A stretch of 64,000 nucleotides of DNA from positions 113,119-177,118 of the forward strand of contig CAVTJQ010000020.1 in the NCBI GenBank assembly GCA_963734975.1, read 5' to 3'. Position 1 is the stretch's first letter; every line of letters begins with the position of its first letter. Shown piece by piece: positions 37,569 through 47,991 of this stretch. The notes under the pieces are model-generated. The model did no database searches and was not told the origin of the DNA. It was given only the letters and a program-made list of their open reading frames with translations. The translations under genes were made by a program, and so were the position numbers. The DNA comes from an uncultured Gaiellaceae bacterium. Its GTDB lineage: Bacteria; Actinomycetota; Thermoleophilia; Gaiellales; Gaiellaceae.

Positions 37569-38388
37569 TCAGACCTTCTGCACCTCGAAGTAGAGGAGCG
37601 CGTGGTCGGAGAACCGCCGCACCCAGGCGAGCCGCTCGTCGCGCGACTCGAGCTTCGGCCAGCCACGCACGGCGACGTCGAAGCCGCCGAACTGCTTGAA
37701 GCGCAGGTGCTCGCGCGCGACGACGAAGTCGAGGCTGGAGGGGTCGATCGAGCCGCCGCCCCACCAGGTGAACGGCTCGTCCTTCTCCAGCACCTTCATC
37801 TGGCGGCGCGGCGCCCCGCGCGTCAGCTTGAGCAGCTCCTTGTCGGCCATGATGTCCCGCTCGCGGACGTAGCGGTACTGCATGCCCATGATGTTGAAGT
37901 CGCCGAGGAAGATGTAGTTCGCGCGCCGGCCCGGAGGCGCGGAGCGGTCGAGCACCTTCGCGAAGTCGAGCGCCCGGGTGAGCATGTCGTCGCGCAGCCC
38001 GAGCCCGCGGGGATCGGTGCCGCTCTTCGTGTGCAGGAAGAGCAGCGGGTAGCTCTGATCGCTCGACCCGGACGGTGAGCAGCGCGCCCGGACGCAGCAG
38101 CGAGACACCCGAGCGGAACTCGGTCTTCTGGGTGAAGAACGCCGTCAGCCCCTGGCGGACGCCGAGCAGGATCTGCTGCACCTGCGAGCCCTCGGTGATG
38201 TGGAACGTGTACTTCGGCATCTGCGAGGTGAGCGCCTCGTAGACCTTGCTGCCCTCGACCTCGTAGAGCGCGAAGACGTCGGGACGCTGCTCGTCGAGGA
38301 ACGCGAGGACGTCCTCGACGCGGCTGTCGACGCGCTGGCTGCGGAAGTGCTCGACGTTCCAGGAGGCGACCGAGAAGGCTTTCGCCAT
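37569..38388 (-). CDS. Endonuclease/exonuclease/phosphatase (EEP) family protein; apparent +1 frameshift near 38058-38066
   Basis: MAKAFSVASWNVEHF...PDVFALYEVEG...LLTVRVE comes from ORF 37420..38388. It continues as DQSYPLLFLHTKSGTDPRG...NYIFLGDFNIMG...FSDHALLYFEVQKV in ORF 37569..38108. Confidence 0.75.
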
Positions 38389-38407
38389 CGCCCCGGACGC
38401 TATCGCG

Positions 38408-39514
38408 TCAGGCTACGTCGCGGAGCTTGGCTGCGTCGGCGAGGGCGCGCAGCTTCTTCAGGCACTGGTTCTCGATCTGGCGGATCCGCTCGCGCGTCAC
38501 GTTGAACGTGCGACCGACCTCGTCGAGCGTGCGCGGCTGCTCGCCGTCGAGGCCGTAGCGCAGCTCGAGCACGCGTCGCTCGCGGTGGGAGAGCGTGCCC
38601 AGGATCCCGCGCAGCGCTTCCTTGCGCATCGTCTCCTCGGCCACCTCGTCGGGCAGCGGCTGCGTCTCGTCGGTGAGGAAGTGCCCGAACTCGGACTCGT
38701 CCTCGTCGCCGACGGGCTTCTCCAGCGAGATCGGCGTCTGCGCGCTGCGACGGATCTGATCGACCTCCTCGGAGTGCAGGTCGAGCTCGAGGCCGATCTC
38801 GGCCGAGCTCGGCTCGCGCCCGAGCTTCGCGCGCAGCGTCCGCTCGGTGCGGACGATCTTGTTCAGCTTCTCGACGACGTGCACCGGCATCCGGATCGTC
38901 CGCGCCTTGTCGGCGAGCGCGCGCGCGACGGCCTGCCGGATCCACCAGGTCGCGTAGGTCGAGAACTTGAACCCCTTGCGATGGTCGAACTTCTCGGCGG
39001 CGCGGACGAGCCCGATCGTTCCTTCCTGGATCAGGTCGAGGAACGGAAGGCCCTGGTTGCGATAGCGCTTGGCGATCGAGACCACGAGCCGCAGGTTGGC
39101 CTCCACCATGGCCTGCTTGGCCGAGTGGTCGCCGCGCTCGATCCGCTTGGCGAGCTCCACCTCCTGCGGCGCGGTCAGGAGCGGCACGCGGCCGATGTCC
39201 TTCAGGAAGAGCTGGAGCGTGTCGGTGGAGACCTCGCTCGCGACGGCCTCCTCGGGAACGTCGAGCTCCTCGTCGGCTCGGGCGACGACCTCGATCTGCT
39301 GCTCCTCGAGCGCGACGAAGAACTCGTCGAGCTGCGCCGCGTCGAGGTCGAGCTCGTCGAGCGCCGCGGCGATGTCCTCGGCGCGGAGCTTGCCGGCGGC
39401 GCGGCCGCTCTCGAGCAGCTGTCGGGCCTCGTCGGTCTCGAGCAGGTCGAATGCGCGCGCGGGCGCGGCAGTAGTCCCCTTGCTGCCGGTACCCACGTTG
39501 GCTCCTGCGCTCAC
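38408..39514 (-). CDS. rpoD: Principal (group 1) RNA polymerase sigma-70 factor
   Basis: 368-aa ORF. Region 2 reads [55 protein letters not shown]. Region 3 reads [13 protein letters not shown]. Region 4 reads [15 protein letters not shown]...[39 protein letters not shown] is present. Confidence 0.95.
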   Translation of the reverse strand: MSAGANVGTGSKGTTAAPARAFDLLETDEARQLLESGRAAGKLRAEDIAAALDELDLDAAQLDEFFVALEEQQIEVVARADEELDVPEEAVASEVSTDTLQLFLKDIGRVPLLTAPQEVELAKRIERGDHSAKQAMVEANLRLVVSIAKRYRNQGLPFLDLIQEGTIGLVRAAEKFDHRKGFKFSTYATWWIRQAVARALADKARTIRMPVHVVEKLNKIVRTERTLRAKLGREPSSAEIGLELDLHSEEVDQIRRSAQTPISLEKPVGDEDESEFGHFLTDETQPLPDEVAEETMRKEALRGILGTLSHRERRVLELRYGLDGEQPRTLDEVGRTFNVTRERIRQIENQCLKKLRALADAAKLRDVA

Positions 39515-39540
39515 CCGGTCCCCCTCCGATCGGCGCTCTC

Positions 39541-39569
39541 ACAGTAGATGCGTCCCGGCTACTCCGCAA
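39541..39569 (-). promoter_or_regulatory. Candidate promoter upstream of the sigma factor gene
   Basis: On the minus strand: TTGCGG (39569-39564), 17 nt, TACTGT (39546-39541). It was identified by pattern only. Confidence 0.25.
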
Positions 39570-39621
39570 CACATCTGGAAATGAAGATGCCGCATGGTGC
39601 CAGCCCGTGACGCAAACCGCC

Positions 39622-39639
39622 ATGGGCCGTTCGGCCCAT
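39622..39639 (-). terminator. Short hairpin after the TPR-like gene, followed by a T-containing tract
   Basis: atgggcc-gttc-ggcccat is a 7-bp stem starting 8 nt after stop 39647. On the minus strand it is followed by ggcggtttgcg. Confidence 0.4.
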
Positions 39640-39646
39640 CTTTGGC

Positions 39647-40627
39647 TCAGCCGGTCCCGGCGGCCTCGAGCTCGTCCAGGTAAAGGCCCGCCTGGCGGGC
39701 GACGAACGAGCCCGGGTCGGCTGCGCGCGCCAGCCGCAGCTGGCGTCGCGCCGGCGCCACGTCGCGCTGCCAGAGGAGGAGCAAGCCGAGATGGAAACGA
39801 ACGGTCGCCGAGCGCGGAAAGCGCTGCGAGAGCGGGCCCAGCCGCGAGAAGGCCGCCGCCGGACGCTCCTTCGTGTAGCGGCCGACCGCGTCGGCGACGA
39901 GCGCTTCGGGCTCGTCCGGAAAGGCCTCCGCCGCAGCCGAGTAGACCTCGCGAGCCGACTCGGACCTGCCCGCGCCCTGGAGTGCGATCCCGTACCGGAG
40001 CCGAGCGTCCAGCGACCCGTCCTCGGCAGCCTCCCGCAGGGCTTCGAGCCGCTCGGCGGGCGGGAGCTCCGCCGCGTCTGCCGACGGCACGCCGGCGTCA
40101 CTGACGAGGATCGGCACACCTGGTGCGAACTCCGGGTGTAGCAGGTCGCCCGCGCGGACGGCGTACGGCGTGTCGGGCTCGACGTCCTGCGCCTCTCGCC
40201 ACGCGTCGAGCGCGCCGTCGCGCCCGGCCCAGAAGCGCGCAATCCCGACGTGGAGCTGCATCATCGCGCTGCGCGGGTACAGCGCACCGAGCTGCTCGAC
40301 GCGGTCGAGGGAGCCCGGCCAGGCCGCGAAGGCCGCGCCTAGCTTCGCCTCCAGCGAGTCCGACTCTGCAAAGAGGACGGCGGCCTCCTGCAGCCGCCCG
40401 GCATCGTAGGCCTCGGACGCCCGCTCGAGCAGAGCTGTGTCGGCGTCAGTCCGGAGAGCCAGCGCAAGCGACAACGTCGGCGCGCCCGGTCGCGTCTCGC
40501 CCGCTTGCGCAGCCTCCGCCGGGCGCACGACCTCTTCCGCGGAGACGACCGCTGCACCTGCCACCACGACCGCCGCGAGCAGCGCGAGCGCTCCGACGAT
40601 CAGACCGACGCGTACACGGGGGGACAC
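39647..40627 (-). CDS. Membrane-anchored TPR-like repeat protein
   Basis: 326-aa ORF with the N-terminal TM MSPRVRVGLIVGALALLAAVVVAGAAVV, followed by helical repeats rich in A/L/R/E. Confidence 0.65.
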   Translation of the reverse strand: MSPRVRVGLIVGALALLAAVVVAGAAVVSAEEVVRPAEAAQAGETRPGAPTLSLALALRTDADTALLERASEAYDAGRLQEAAVLFAESDSLEAKLGAAFAAWPGSLDRVEQLGALYPRSAMMQLHVGIARFWAGRDGALDAWREAQDVEPDTPYAVRAGDLLHPEFAPGVPILVSDAGVPSADAAELPPAERLEALREAAEDGSLDARLRYGIALQGAGRSESAREVYSAAAEAFPDEPEALVADAVGRYTKERPAAAFSRLGPLSQRFPRSATVRFHLGLLLLWQRDVAPARRQLRLARAADPGSFVARQAGLYLDELEAAGTG

Positions 40628-40702
40628 GCGATCAGACTAGCCAGCGCCCACGTCCAACTCGCGGGCGTTTCCCGCAGCGGAATCGCTATCCTCGTTGAAG
40701 TA

Positions 40703-41870
40703 ATGGCCACCTACCGCGAGCTGCTGCAGCAGGTGAAGGGCGAGATCGACGAGATCGGCGCGGCCGACGCGCGCGAGCGCACCGGTTCTGCGCTCTTCCT
40801 CGACGTGCGCGAGCAGGACGAGTGGGACGAGGGCGTCGTACCGGGCGCGATCCACGTGCCGCGCGGCCAGCTCGAGTCGCGGATCGAGGGGCTCGTGCCC
40901 GACAAGGAGCGCGAGCTCGTCGTCTACTGCGCCGGCGGCTCCCGCTCGGCCTTCGCCGCCAAGTCGCTCGGCGAGCTCGGCTACGGCAACGTCAGGTCGC
41001 TCACGGGCGGCTTCACCGACTGGAAGCGCAACGGCTTCGAGGTCGAGACGCCGCAGGCGCTGACGCCGCCGCAGCGCGCTCGCTACAGCCGCCACCTGCT
41101 GATCCCGGAGGTCGGCGAGGCGGGCCAGCAGAAGCTGCTCGACTCGCGCGTGCTCCTGATCGGCGCCGGCGGGCTCGGCTCCCCCGCGTCGCTCTACCTC
41201 GCCGCCGCCGGCGTCGGCACGCTCGGGATCGTCGACGCGGACGTCGTCGACGACTCGAACCTCCAGCGCCAGATCGTCCATTCGACGAAGCGGCTCGGCG
41301 AGCCCAAGGTGCAGTCGGCCAAGGACACGATCGAGGCGCTGAACCCGGACGTCGAGGTCAAGGGGTACGAGGAACGGCTCACCTCCGAGAACGTCGAGCG
41401 GATCCTGGGCGACGGCTGGGACGTGATCGTCGACGGCGCCGACAACTTCCCGACCCGCTACCTCGTCAACGACGCGTCCGTCTGGCACGACGTTCCCGTC
41501 GTGCACGGCTCGATCTACCGCTTCGAAGGCCAGGTGACGGTCTTCAAGCCGGGGGACGGCCCGTGCTACCGCTGCCTCTTCCCCACCCCGCCGCCGCCCG
41601 GAGCTCGCGCCGAGCTGCGCCGAGGGCGGCGTCCTCGGCGTGCTGCCGGGGATCATCGGCTCGCTCCAGGCGAGCGAGGCGCTGAAGCTGCTGCTCGGGA
41701 TCGGCGACTCGCTGCAGGGCCGCCTGCTCCTCTTCGACGCGCTCGCGACGACCTTCGACGAGGTCTCGGTGAAGCGCGACCCGGCCTGCCCAGTCTGCGG
41801 CGAGAGCCCCTCGATCACGGAGTACGTCGACTACGTCGAGTTCTGCGCCGGCCCGCGGGTGACGTCGTGA
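40703..41870 (+). CDS. Rhodanese-ThiF/MoeB (E1-like adenylyltransferase/sulfurtransferase, MoeZ-like but rhodanese at the N-terminus); apparent +1 frameshift near 41588-41602
   Basis: ATG 40703 starts a rhodanese region FLDVREQDEWDEGVVPGAIHVP...VVYCAGGSRSAF. The ThiF region follows: RYSRHLLIPEVGEAGQQKLLDSRVLLIGAGGLGSPASLYLAAAGVG...CYRCLFPTPPPP. The next frame gives ELAPSCAEGGVLGVLPGIIGSLQASEALKLLLGIG...CPVCG (ORF 41640..41870). Confidence 0.85.
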
Positions 41871-42136
41871 CCGCGATCCGGATCCCGCCGACGCTGCGCA
41901 ACGAGGTCGGCGGCGAGCGCCAGGTCGAGGCGCACGGCGGCAGCGTCCGCGAGGTGCTCGAGGACCTCGCGCGCCGCTATCCGGCGCTCGAGTCGCAGCT
42001 CTTCGAGGACGGCGACCTCGCGGCGTTCGTGAACGTCTACCTCGGCGGCGAGGACATCCGCACGCTCGACGGGCTGGACACGACGGTGAATGGCCAGCCG
42101 ATGATCCTCCTGCCGGCGATGGCCGGTGGAAGCTAA
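41867..42136 (+). CDS. cysO: MoaD/ThiS-family ubiquitin-like sulfur carrier (CysO-like), ending ...AGGS
   Basis: The GTG overlaps the upstream stop (GTGA). The product is VTAIRIPPTLRNEVGGERQVEAHGGSVREVLEDLARRYPALESQLFEDGDLAAFVNVYLGGEDIRTLDGLDTTVNGQPMILLPAMAGGS. Confidence 0.8.
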   Translation: MTAIRIPPTLRNEVGGERQVEAHGGSVREVLEDLARRYPALESQLFEDGDLAAFVNVYLGGEDIRTLDGLDTTVNGQPMILLPAMAGGS

Positions 42137-43067
42137 CTCGCTCGCGCCGAGCCTTCTCGACCTCGTCGGCTCGACACCGCTCGTCGAGCTCTCCCGCTTC
42201 GTGCCGGGGCCGGTACGGGTCTACGCGAAGCTCGAGGGCCAGAACCCGACCGGCTCGATCAAGGACCGCGTCGCGAAGGCGATGATCGAGGCGGCGGAGG
42301 CCTCCGGCGAGCTCGAGCGCGGCCGGCGCCTGCTCGAGCCGACCAGCGGGAACACGGGCATCTCGCTCGCGCTCGTCGCGAAGCTGAAGGGGTATCCGCT
42401 CACGTGCGTGCTGCCTTCGAACGCGACCGAGGAGCGCCGCCGGCTGCTGCGGCTCTACGGCGCGGAGATCGTCGAGTCGCCCGGCGAGGAGGGCTCGAAC
42501 GGCGCCGTCCGGATGGCGCTCGCGCTCGCCGAGGCCGACCCCGCCTGGTTCATGCCCTTCCAGTATGCGAACGAGGCGAACCCGCGCGCCCACTACGAGG
42601 GCACGGGCGCGGAGATCGCCGACGCGCTCGACCGGGTCGACGTGCTCGTCGCGGGCCTCGGCACCGGCGGGACGCTGATGGGCGCCGGCGAGCGCCTGCG
42701 CGAGCGCTTCCCGGACGTCGTCGTCGCAGCCGCCGAGCCGCTTCCCGGCGACCCGGTGATGGGGTTGCGCTCGCTCGCCGATGGCTACGTGCCGCCGATT
42801 CTCGACGTGGCCAAGCTCGATCGGAAGGTGCTCGTCTCGAACGAGGAGTCCGTAACGGCGCTGCGCGAGCTGCTCGACGCGGACGGGATCTTCGGCGGTG
42901 TCTCGGCCGGCGCAGTCGCGCACGTGGCCAGGCGGCTCGCTCGCGAGCTCGAGCCGGACGCGGTCGTCGTCTGCATCCTCGCCGACGGCGGCTGGAAGTA
43001 CCTCTCGGCCGACTTCTGGGACGCGGCCGACGTCGAGCGCTCGATGGAGCGGACTGTCTGGTGGTAG
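42126..43067 (+). CDS. cysM: PLP-dependent cysteine synthase (CysM type)
   Basis: 313-aa ORF with TPLVEL, AKLEGQNPTGSIKDRVA (PLP lysine), EPTSGNTGISLA and GLGTGGTLMG. Confidence 0.9.
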   Translation: MEANSLAPSLLDLVGSTPLVELSRFVPGPVRVYAKLEGQNPTGSIKDRVAKAMIEAAEASGELERGRRLLEPTSGNTGISLALVAKLKGYPLTCVLPSNATEERRRLLRLYGAEIVESPGEEGSNGAVRMALALAEADPAWFMPFQYANEANPRAHYEGTGAEIADALDRVDVLVAGLGTGGTLMGAGERLRERFPDVVVAAAEPLPGDPVMGLRSLADGYVPPILDVAKLDRKVLVSNEESVTALRELLDADGIFGGVSAGAVAHVARRLARELEPDAVVVCILADGGWKYLSADFWDAADVERSMERTVWW

Positions 43068-43450
43068 TCCCGGCGGCGATCCGCGGGCAGCTCGTCGAGC
43101 ATGCGGCGGCGGAGGCTCCGAACGAGGCCTGCGGGCTCGTCGTCCTGCGCGACGGCGTCGCCGAGCGCTACGTCCCCGGCCGCAACGGGGCTGCGTCGCC
43201 GTATCGCTTCGAGCTCGACGTGCCGCCCGAGACGTGGTTCCTCGAGGACGACGGCTTCGAGCTCGCCGTCTTCCACTCCCACCTCTCTTCTCCGCCTCGC
43301 CCGTCGCGCACGGATGTCGAGAACATCGGGCTCTGGCAGGGCCGGCCGTACCTGATCCTCTCGCTGCGAACCGGTGAGCTCGCGGCCTGGCGGATCGAAG
43401 GCAGGACGATCGCAGCGGTTGCCCTTTCGGAAGTCGAGGCGGGGGATTAA
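43061..43450 (+). CDS. mec: JAMM/MPN+ metalloprotease (Mec-like)
   Basis: The product is the tail of shadow ORF 42404..43450: VVVPAAIRGQLVEHAAAEAPNEACGLVV...FHSHLSSPPRPSRTD. It carries the E...HxHx7Sx2D JAMM motif. Confidence 0.8.
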   Translation: MVVPAAIRGQLVEHAAAEAPNEACGLVVLRDGVAERYVPGRNGAASPYRFELDVPPETWFLEDDGFELAVFHSHLSSPPRPSRTDVENIGLWQGRPYLILSLRTGELAAWRIEGRTIAAVALSEVEAGD

Positions 43451-43451
43451 C

Positions 43452-43824
43452 ATGCGCTGTCTCGTGAAGCTGCTGGCCCCCACTGCGCTCGTCGCGCTCG
43501 CGCTCGCCCTCGCCGGCTGCGGCACGGACAACAGCGGCGGCGGCTCGGCTGCCGACACCAACCCCGAAGGAGCCGGGGTCGGCTTGTCGGTGCAGGAGGC
43601 GCTGCTCGTCGGCCTCGACGCGCCGACAGCTCGTCAGCGGCTACCTGATCGAGGAGGACGGGACGCTGAAGCTCTGCGAGAGCCTGCAGGAATCGGAGCC
43701 GCCCGGGTGCGGCGAGCCGTCCCTGACAGTCGAGGGGAGCATGCTCGCGGACCTGCCTCGCGGCGAGCTCGTGGACGTGAACGGCGAGGTCTCCGGCACG
43801 ACGATCACTCCGACGCCGGGCTAA
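43452..43824 (+). CDS. Small lipoprotein; apparent +1 frameshift near 43618-43630
   Basis: The lipobox reads MRCLVKLLAPTALVALALALAGCGTDNSGG. The sequence continues in the next frame as QLVSGYLIEEDGTLKLCESLQESEPPGCGEPSLTVEGSMLADLPRGELVDVNGEVSGTTITPTPG*. Confidence 0.65.
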
Positions 43825-44649
43825 TCGAGCCGCTCGACCTCGGCGTCCGTGAGCTCGAGCTCACGCGCCGCCATGTTCTCGTCCAGGTGCTCGAGCGACG
43901 AGGTGCCGGGGATCGGGATCGTCACCGGCGAGCGCCGAAGCAGCCACGCGAGTGCCACCTGAGCCGCAGTCGCATCGCGCTCGCGCGCGATCGACTCGAC
44001 CGGCCCGCCTGAGCGGGCGAGCTCGCCGGCGTCGAGCGGGTACCAGGGCAGAAATGCGATCCCTGCCCGCTCGCAGGCCTCGAGCACGTCCTCCGACTCG
44101 CGATTGCCGAGGTTGTACTCGTTCTGCACCGACGCGATCTCGACGATGTCGCGCGCCTCGCCGAGCTGCGCGACCGAGACGTTGGAGAGGCCGACGTGCC
44201 GGATCTTGCCCTCGTCGCGCAGCTCCTTCAGCGCCCCGACCGAGTCGGCGAACGGAACCTTCGGGTCGGGACGGTGCAGCTGGTAGAGGTCGATCCGCTC
44301 GAGGCGCAGCCGGGCGAGCGAGCCCTCGCAGGCGGCACGAAGATGCTCCGGTCTCCCGTCCTGCGGCCAGCCGCCCGGCCCGCCGCCGCGAACCAGCCCG
44401 CCCTTCGTGGCGACGACGATCCCGTCGTAGGGGTACAGCGCCTCCGCGACCTGGAGCTCGTTCACCTCGGGCCCGTACGCGTCGGAGGTGTCGACCAGGG
44501 TCGCGCCGAGCTCGACCGCACGACGAAGCACCCGCAGCGCGTTCTCCCGATCCTCGGGCCAGCCCGGTCACCCGCGGACCGCAGAGCCGCATCGCGCCGT
44601 AGCCGATCCGGTTCACCTCGAGCTCGCCGCCGATCCAGAAGGTCTCCAT
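43821..44649 (-). CDS. Aldo/keto reductase; apparent +1 frameshift near 44560-44568
   Basis: METFWIGGELEVNRIGYGAMRLCGPRVTG comes from ORF 43861..44649. It continues as WPEDRENALRVLRRAVELGATLVDTSDAYGP...IDLYQLHRPD...IRHVGLSN...IPIPGTSS in ORF 43821..44531. Confidence 0.85.
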
Positions 44650-44677
44650 CTCACCTGACGCTATAGGCTGCCGCGCC

Positions 44678-45322
44678 GTGGACGTCCGCGAGCTCGCACC
44701 CGGCCTCTGGCGCTGGACCGCCCTCCATCCGGAGTGGTCGCCCGGCGCGGACTGGGAGCAGGAGGTCGGTTGCCTCTACGTCGAGACGGCCGGCTCCGTG
44801 GTCCTCATCGACCCGCTCGTCCCGGGTGAGCCCACGTTGCGCAAGATCTTCCTCGACCGGCTCGACGCGGACGTGGAGCGCAACGGCAAGCCCGTCTCGA
44901 TCATGCTCACCGTCTGGTGGCACGAGCGCAGTACGGGTGAGCTGGCAGAGCGCTACGGCGCCGAGGTGTGGGCCAACGCCGAGGGCGGCAGAAGGCGCAC
45001 CGAAACGCCGCTGACGCACCCGTTCTCGGCCGGGGACGTCCTCCCCGGTGGGCTGATCGGGATCGACGCGCAGAGGGTTGGCGAGACGTTGTACTGGCTG
45101 CCCGAGCACCGGGCGCTCGTCTCCGGCGACATCTTCCTCGGCGACGGCGAGGGCGGCGTCCGCATCTGCTCCCAGTCGTGGCTCGGCGACGTGTCGTACC
45201 GCGAGCTGAAGCTCGCTCTCGCCGGCCTGCTCGACCTCCCCGTCGAGATGGTGCTCGTCGCGCACGGCGAGCCGGTGCTCGAGGACGGCCTGGCGGCGCT
45301 CGCCGCAGCGCTCGCGGACTAA
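44678..45322 (+). CDS. Hypothetical protein, MBL-fold-like with degenerate metal motif
   Basis: 214-aa ORF. The overall pattern (LWRWTALHPEW..., CLYVETAGSVVLIDP, ...VLVAHGEPV) resembles beta-lactamase-fold proteins. However, HxHxDH reads TVWWHERS. Confidence 0.55.
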   Translation: MDVRELAPGLWRWTALHPEWSPGADWEQEVGCLYVETAGSVVLIDPLVPGEPTLRKIFLDRLDADVERNGKPVSIMLTVWWHERSTGELAERYGAEVWANAEGGRRRTETPLTHPFSAGDVLPGGLIGIDAQRVGETLYWLPEHRALVSGDIFLGDGEGGVRICSQSWLGDVSYRELKLALAGLLDLPVEMVLVAHGEPVLEDGLAALAAALAD

Positions 45323-45331
45323 GCTCGCCCC

Positions 45332-46824
45332 GTGGGCACGTCCTCCGTCCTGACGCCGGAAGCGGTCGAGTTCCTCACCGAGCTCGAGCGGCGCTTCGGG
45401 CCGCGGCGGCGGGAGTTGCTCGCCGCGCGGGACGAGCGCGCGCAACGGCTCCGGGACGGTGAGCTGCCCGACTTCCTCCCCGAGACTCGGGACGTGCGGG
45501 AGCGCGACTGGCAGGTCGAGCCGGTGCCGGATGAGCTGCAGGACCGTCGCGTCGAGATCACCGGCCCGGTCGACCGGAAGATGGTGATCAACGCGCTCAA
45601 TTCCGGCGCGCGCATGTTCATGGCCGACTTCGAGGACTCGAACTCGCCCACCTGGCGGAACTGCATCGAGGGCCAGGTCAACCTCACCGACGCGCTCGAG
45701 CGCACGATCTCGCTTGATACCGGGTCGAAGCAGTACGCCCTGAACGACGACGTCGCGACGCTTGCTCGTGCGTCCGCGCGGCTGGCACCTCGTCGAGCGC
45801 CACTTCGATGTCGACGGCGCGGCGATCTCTGCCTCCCTCTTCGACTTCGGGCTCTACTTCTTCCGCAACCACGACCGCGGCGGCCGCTTCTTCTACCTGC
45901 CGAAGCTCGAGAGCCACCTCGAGGCCAGGCTCTGGAACGACGTCTTCGCCTGGGCCCAGGACGAGCTCGGCGTCGCCCGTGGCTCGATCAAGGCCACCGT
46001 CCTGATCGAGACGATCCTCGCCGCGTTCGAGATGGACGAGATCCTGTACGAGCTGCGCGAGCACTCGGCCGGGCTGAACGCGGGCCGCTGGGACTACATC
46101 TTCAGCGTGATCAAGAAGCTCGGACACCGGCCCGAGTTCGTGTTGCCGGATCGCGCCGACGTGACCATGGCCGTGCCGTTCATGCGCGCATACGCCGACC
46201 TGCTCGTGAAGACCTGCCACCGCCGCGGAGCGCACGCGATCGGCGGCATGGCCGCCTTCATCCCCTCACGCCGCGACCCCGAGGTGAACGAGAGGGCTTT
46301 GGCGAAGGTGCGCGAAGACAAGGAGCGGGAGGCGGCCCAGGGTTTCGACGGCACCTGGGTCGCCCATCCCGATCTCGTCCCGGTGGCCACCGAGATCTTC
46401 GACCGCGTGCTCGGCGAGCGGCCGAACCAGGTCGAGCGTCAGCGCGACGACGTGGACGCCTCCGCAGCGGCCCTGCTCGACGTCGCCGCCACTCCGGGCG
46501 AGATCACCGAGGACGGTCTGCGCAACAACATCTCGGTCGGGATCCAGTACCTCGGCGCGTGGCTGAACGGCTCCGGCGCCGTCGCGATCTTCAACCTGAT
46601 GGAGGACGCCGCGACCTCGGAGATCTCGCGCTCACAGGTGTGGCAGTGGCTGCACCACGGCAAGGTCGACCGCGCCGACGTCGAGCGAGTGCTCGCCGAG
46701 GAGGTCGCGGAGCTGGACGACAGGTACGACGAGGCACGGGTCGCTCTTCGAGCAGGTCGCGCTCGGCGACGACTTCGTCGAGTTCCTGACGCTCCCCGCC
46801 TACGAGCGCCTCGACGACGCCTAA
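45332..46824 (+). CDS. aceB: Malate synthase A; two apparent +1 frameshifts (~45758-45766 and ~46738-46746)
   Basis: [35 protein letters not shown] comes from ORF 45332. [14 protein letters not shown]...[19 protein letters not shown]...[10 protein letters not shown]...[11 protein letters not shown] comes from ORF 45762. The third frame gives [26 protein letters not shown]. Confidence 0.9.
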
Positions 46825-47452
46825 TCGCCCGCGACGAAGAACTGCCAGTCGCCGTCGGCCGTGATCGCGGTGCGGTAGCCGAGGTAGCCGAGTTCTGCTC
46901 GCGCATCACGTCGACCTGCTCCTGGGTGTGGAGGCCCGCGTCGACGAGCGACTGCCAGGCCTCGTCGGTCGGCGACTCGGTGTAGGCGGTCGGCCAGGCG
47001 TAGGAGCCCGACTCGTTGCGCGTGTGGGGCAACGTCAGGATCGTGGCGAGGACTCGCATCGGCTCCTCCGCCCCGCTCTCCTCGAGCTCCTGCCAGCGCG
47101 CCGCGGCGGAGTCGTCGGGGCCGGCGCCGTAGCTGAAGGTGAAGCCCTCGCCCTGCTCCAGCGCGATCTGCTCGAGCGTCTCGTAGTCGCAGGCGACGGC
47201 GGCGTCGAAGACGCGCTGCCGCACGTCCGCGACGGGCTCCGGCAGCTCCTGCTCGGGCAGGCTCAGCCGCAGGCCGGCCGTCGAGCACTCGACTCCTGGC
47301 TCGGCGGGCTCGGGCGCGGGGGGCGGCTCGGCCTCGACCGTCTCGGTCTGGGTGACCGTCACCGTCTCAGGCGCCGGCGCGGCGGCGTTGTCGGACTCGC
47401 TGCCGCAGGCGGCGAGCACGAGGACGAGCACGAACGCGAGCAGGACTCTCAT
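46821..47452 (-). CDS. Lipoprotein, hypothetical; apparent -1 frameshift near 46893-46899
   Basis: The lipobox [22 protein letters not shown] lies within shadow ORF 46439..49540. The C-terminus [24 protein letters not shown] is in ORF 46821..47288. Confidence 0.65.
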
Positions 47453-47493
47453 GCCGCTTCCTTCTAGCAGCCACCGTGTCCCTCCTTCCCCGG

Positions 47494-47973
47494 CTACAGG
47501 TGGATCGGGCCCTGGGCGACCGCGGCCACCGCGGGCTCTTCCGCCCGCACGAGCACGACGCGGACGACCGAGCCGGCTCCCTCGAGCTCGGCGGGCTCGA
47601 CCCACGCTCCGAACGGCGAGACCGGCTCGCCGTTCACGAGCAGCTCGCCGCGCAGGACGCAGCCGATCCCGGGGCCGGCCGCGCGGGCGGTCGTGCCGCG
47701 CTCGCAGCGCATCACGTAGTCCGCCCACGGGTCGAGCTCGACCTGCGAGCAGAGCTTCGCGTCGTCGACCGACCACTCCGTCAGCTCCCAGCGCAGCACC
47801 GTCGCCCCGTCGGTGCCGGCCGCGACGGTTGCCTCGTCCGAGCCGAAGGCGCCATGGCCCGCGTGCAGGCCGGCGAGCTCGCCCGAGGCGACGTAGACGA
47901 TGCGTCCACCGCCCGGCAAGCGGAGCTCCTCCCCCGGGCCGAGCAGATCCTCGTAGAGCGAGAGCGACGTCAC
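47494..47973 (-). CDS. Hypothetical protein (~160 aa)
   Basis: This is the C-terminal part of ORF 47494..48396. From GTG 47973 it reads VTSLSLYEDLLGPGEELRLPGGGRIVYVASGELAGLHAGHGAFGSDEATV...LRGELLVNGEPVSPFGAWVEP. The upstream part of the ORF is antisense to the dipeptidase gene. Confidence 0.45.
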   Translation of the reverse strand: MTSLSLYEDLLGPGEELRLPGGGRIVYVASGELAGLHAGHGAFGSDEATVAAGTDGATVLRWELTEWSVDDAKLCSQVELDPWADYVMRCERGTTARAAGPGIGCVLRGELLVNGEPVSPFGAWVEPAELEGAGSVVRVVLVRAEEPAVAAVAQGPIHL

Positions 47974-47991
47974 GCTGCGAGGATAGTCGCG

